Shown in pieces: positions 62,920 to 64,000 of a DNA stretch of 64,000 bases. Under the pieces are notes generated by a model. That model had not been told where the DNA came from. It searched no databases and worked only from the letters and a program-made list of their open reading frames with translations. The position numbers and the translations under genes were made by a program. The DNA comes from Candidatus Bathyanammoxibius amoris (GTDB lineage: Bacteria; Planctomycetota; Brocadiia; Brocadiales; Bathyanammoxibiaceae): positions 78,616 to 142,615 of the forward strand of contig JAMXCW010000005.1 of the NCBI GenBank assembly GCA_024451685.1, read 5' to 3'. Each line of letters opens with the position of its first letter. The first letter of the stretch is position 1.

Positions 62920-64000
62920 TGGCCTTCAGCTTATTCTCAAAATCCTTCGTTACCTTGTCCGCCTCTTCCGGATTGCTCACAATAGTGGGCGTCAATATCA
63001 AGAGGAGTTCCGTCTTCCTTGTGATGACCTCCCTGGACTGAAACAAATTCCCCAGTAGAGGGATGCGGTGTAAGACAGGTACACGCTTTACGACCTTCTC
63101 CTTCTTGTTTTCTATAATACCACCTATTATTATAGTCCGCCCGTTTTCCACTACCAGCGAGGTACTGGCCTTCCTGGCGGTAAAAGCCGGAGTATCGAGT
63201 CCTGCTGAAGCAGCTTTTATAACAGAGGTTACCTCCTGGCTCACGTCAAGTGTAATCATATTGTTCTCGCCAATCCTTGGGGTCACGCTGAGTATAACAC
63301 CTATATTCTTATACACGACGGTATTCGAGGTAACAAACTCCCCGGGCTGAGAGGGAGAAGGTTCTTGAATTCTCTGGGTTAATATGGGCTCTTCCTGGCC
63401 TACCTGTATAGTGGCCGTTTGCTCGTGACGTACCAGTATTCTGGGGGTAGACAACAGCTCTATGTGAGTAGTCGTGTCTAACAAAGTGACGAGCACGTCT
63501 AAATCCGAGTGGAGAAAGAAGGCCCTGGTTCCCCTCGGGAATTCCGTCTTAAGCGGACTTGGTATAGTCGGTCCCAGGCCTACAGAAACCCCATCCCTCA
63601 ACAGGCCATTGTTTCTGAAAAAGTACTCCACCCCGTAAGCCAGGTCATCATTGAGGGTCACCTCTGCAATGAGCACCTCTATCAGCACCTGTTTGGGAGT
63701 TGCATCCATCACCTCAATTATTCTGCGAATATTCTGGTAATCCTGGGGAAAGGCCTTAATTGCCAGAGCGTTACTCTCCGCATCAGGGATAACCTTAACG
63801 GGACCTACCTGACTCGATTGCGCACCCATGGCTGATATCTCAGTAGATTCAGCCCCCGTAACTCTTGCCGGTCCCCCCTCCTCAAATAGCTCGTTGAGAA
63901 CAGCTGCCATAGATTCAGCTTTCTTGTGTTGCAACTTGTATATGTAAAGTTGAGCCTGCCCGGAAGACTTTACATCCATATTATTTATCCAAAAATCAAC
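62861..64000 (-). CDS. gspD: secretin GspD, C-terminal part (gene continues beyond the window edge)
   Basis: Secretin C-domain blocks TPRI.V...Q.A.I.VG.E.P, IGV.L.VTP.I, VV.NG.T..IGG.I and VP.L..IPLLG.LF. The frame stays open from 63979 to 64000 (VDFWINN upstream of the first Met). Confidence 0.85.
   Translation of the reverse strand, partial: VDFWINNMDVKSSGQAQLYIYKLQHKKAESMAAVLNELFEEGGPARVTGAESTEISAMGAQSSQVGPVKVIPDAESNALAIKAFPQDYQNIRRIIEVMDATPKQVLIEVLIAEVTLNDDLAYGVEYFFRNNGLLRDGVSVGLGPTIPSPLKTEFPRGTRAFFLHSDLDVLVTLLDTTTHIELLSTPRILVRHEQTATIQVGQEEPILTQRIQEPSPSQPGEFVTSNTVVYKNIGVILSVTPRIGENNMITLDVSQEVTSVIKAASAGLDTPAFTARKASTSLVVENGRTIIIGGIIENKKEKVVKRVPVLHRIPLLGNLFQSREVITRKTELLLILTPTIVSNPEEADKVTKDFENKLKAIEKLRSGKTKSLVEKVLLP

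Overview
64-kb window from a diderm (Gram-negative-type) bacterium with about 60 tightly packed protein-coding genes. I saw no rRNA, tRNA, CRISPR array, transposase or integrase by eye. Left to right:
- **100-4304:** peroxide/haem cluster with two tandem di-haem cytochrome c peroxidases, a 2-Cys peroxiredoxin and a ChaN-PDZ protein.
- **4306-8940:** bioF-like gene, porin, lipoprotein and an 8-bladed PQQ-like propeller.
- **9054-26816 (minus strand):** housekeeping block with cinA, cobT, scpB, coaX, obg, rpmA, rplU, rng, an HPr-EI fusion, ptsN, hpf, comF, a nitrilase-family gene, an LptF/G-family gene, folK and a split TIGR03960/TIGR03936 radical-SAM pair.
- **27047-33706:** accessory stretch. 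A chagasin-type inhibitor and hutH are bracketed by clusters of GTAG-headed REP-like palindromes. They are followed by a strongly AT-rich orphan membrane-protein gene and a single-chain type IIG restriction-modification enzyme.
- **33796-37851:** sulfur/Fe-S cluster with a NifS-like gene, ThiF/MoeB, a Cys-rich orphan, NifU-like, DUF1858 and a His-motif membrane protein.
- **38114-40308:** hemX-like gene and hemA.
- **40550-53083:** 12.5-kb Bat-like operon (MoxR, DUF58, vWA genes) led by a 1241-aa membrane protein that is mostly G/S/K/E/Q low complexity with 123-126-bp tandem repeats.
- **53421-54134:** isochorismatase-family gene bracketed by direct repeats and carrying a G10 tract.
- **54239-64000:** near-complete type II secretion operon (gspD I J K L M C-like F H G E), running off the window.

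Most worth follow-up are the AT-rich orphan next to the R-M gene, the giant disordered Bat-operon protein, and two families of palindromic repeats. All family calls rest on motifs read by eye. No database search was possible.
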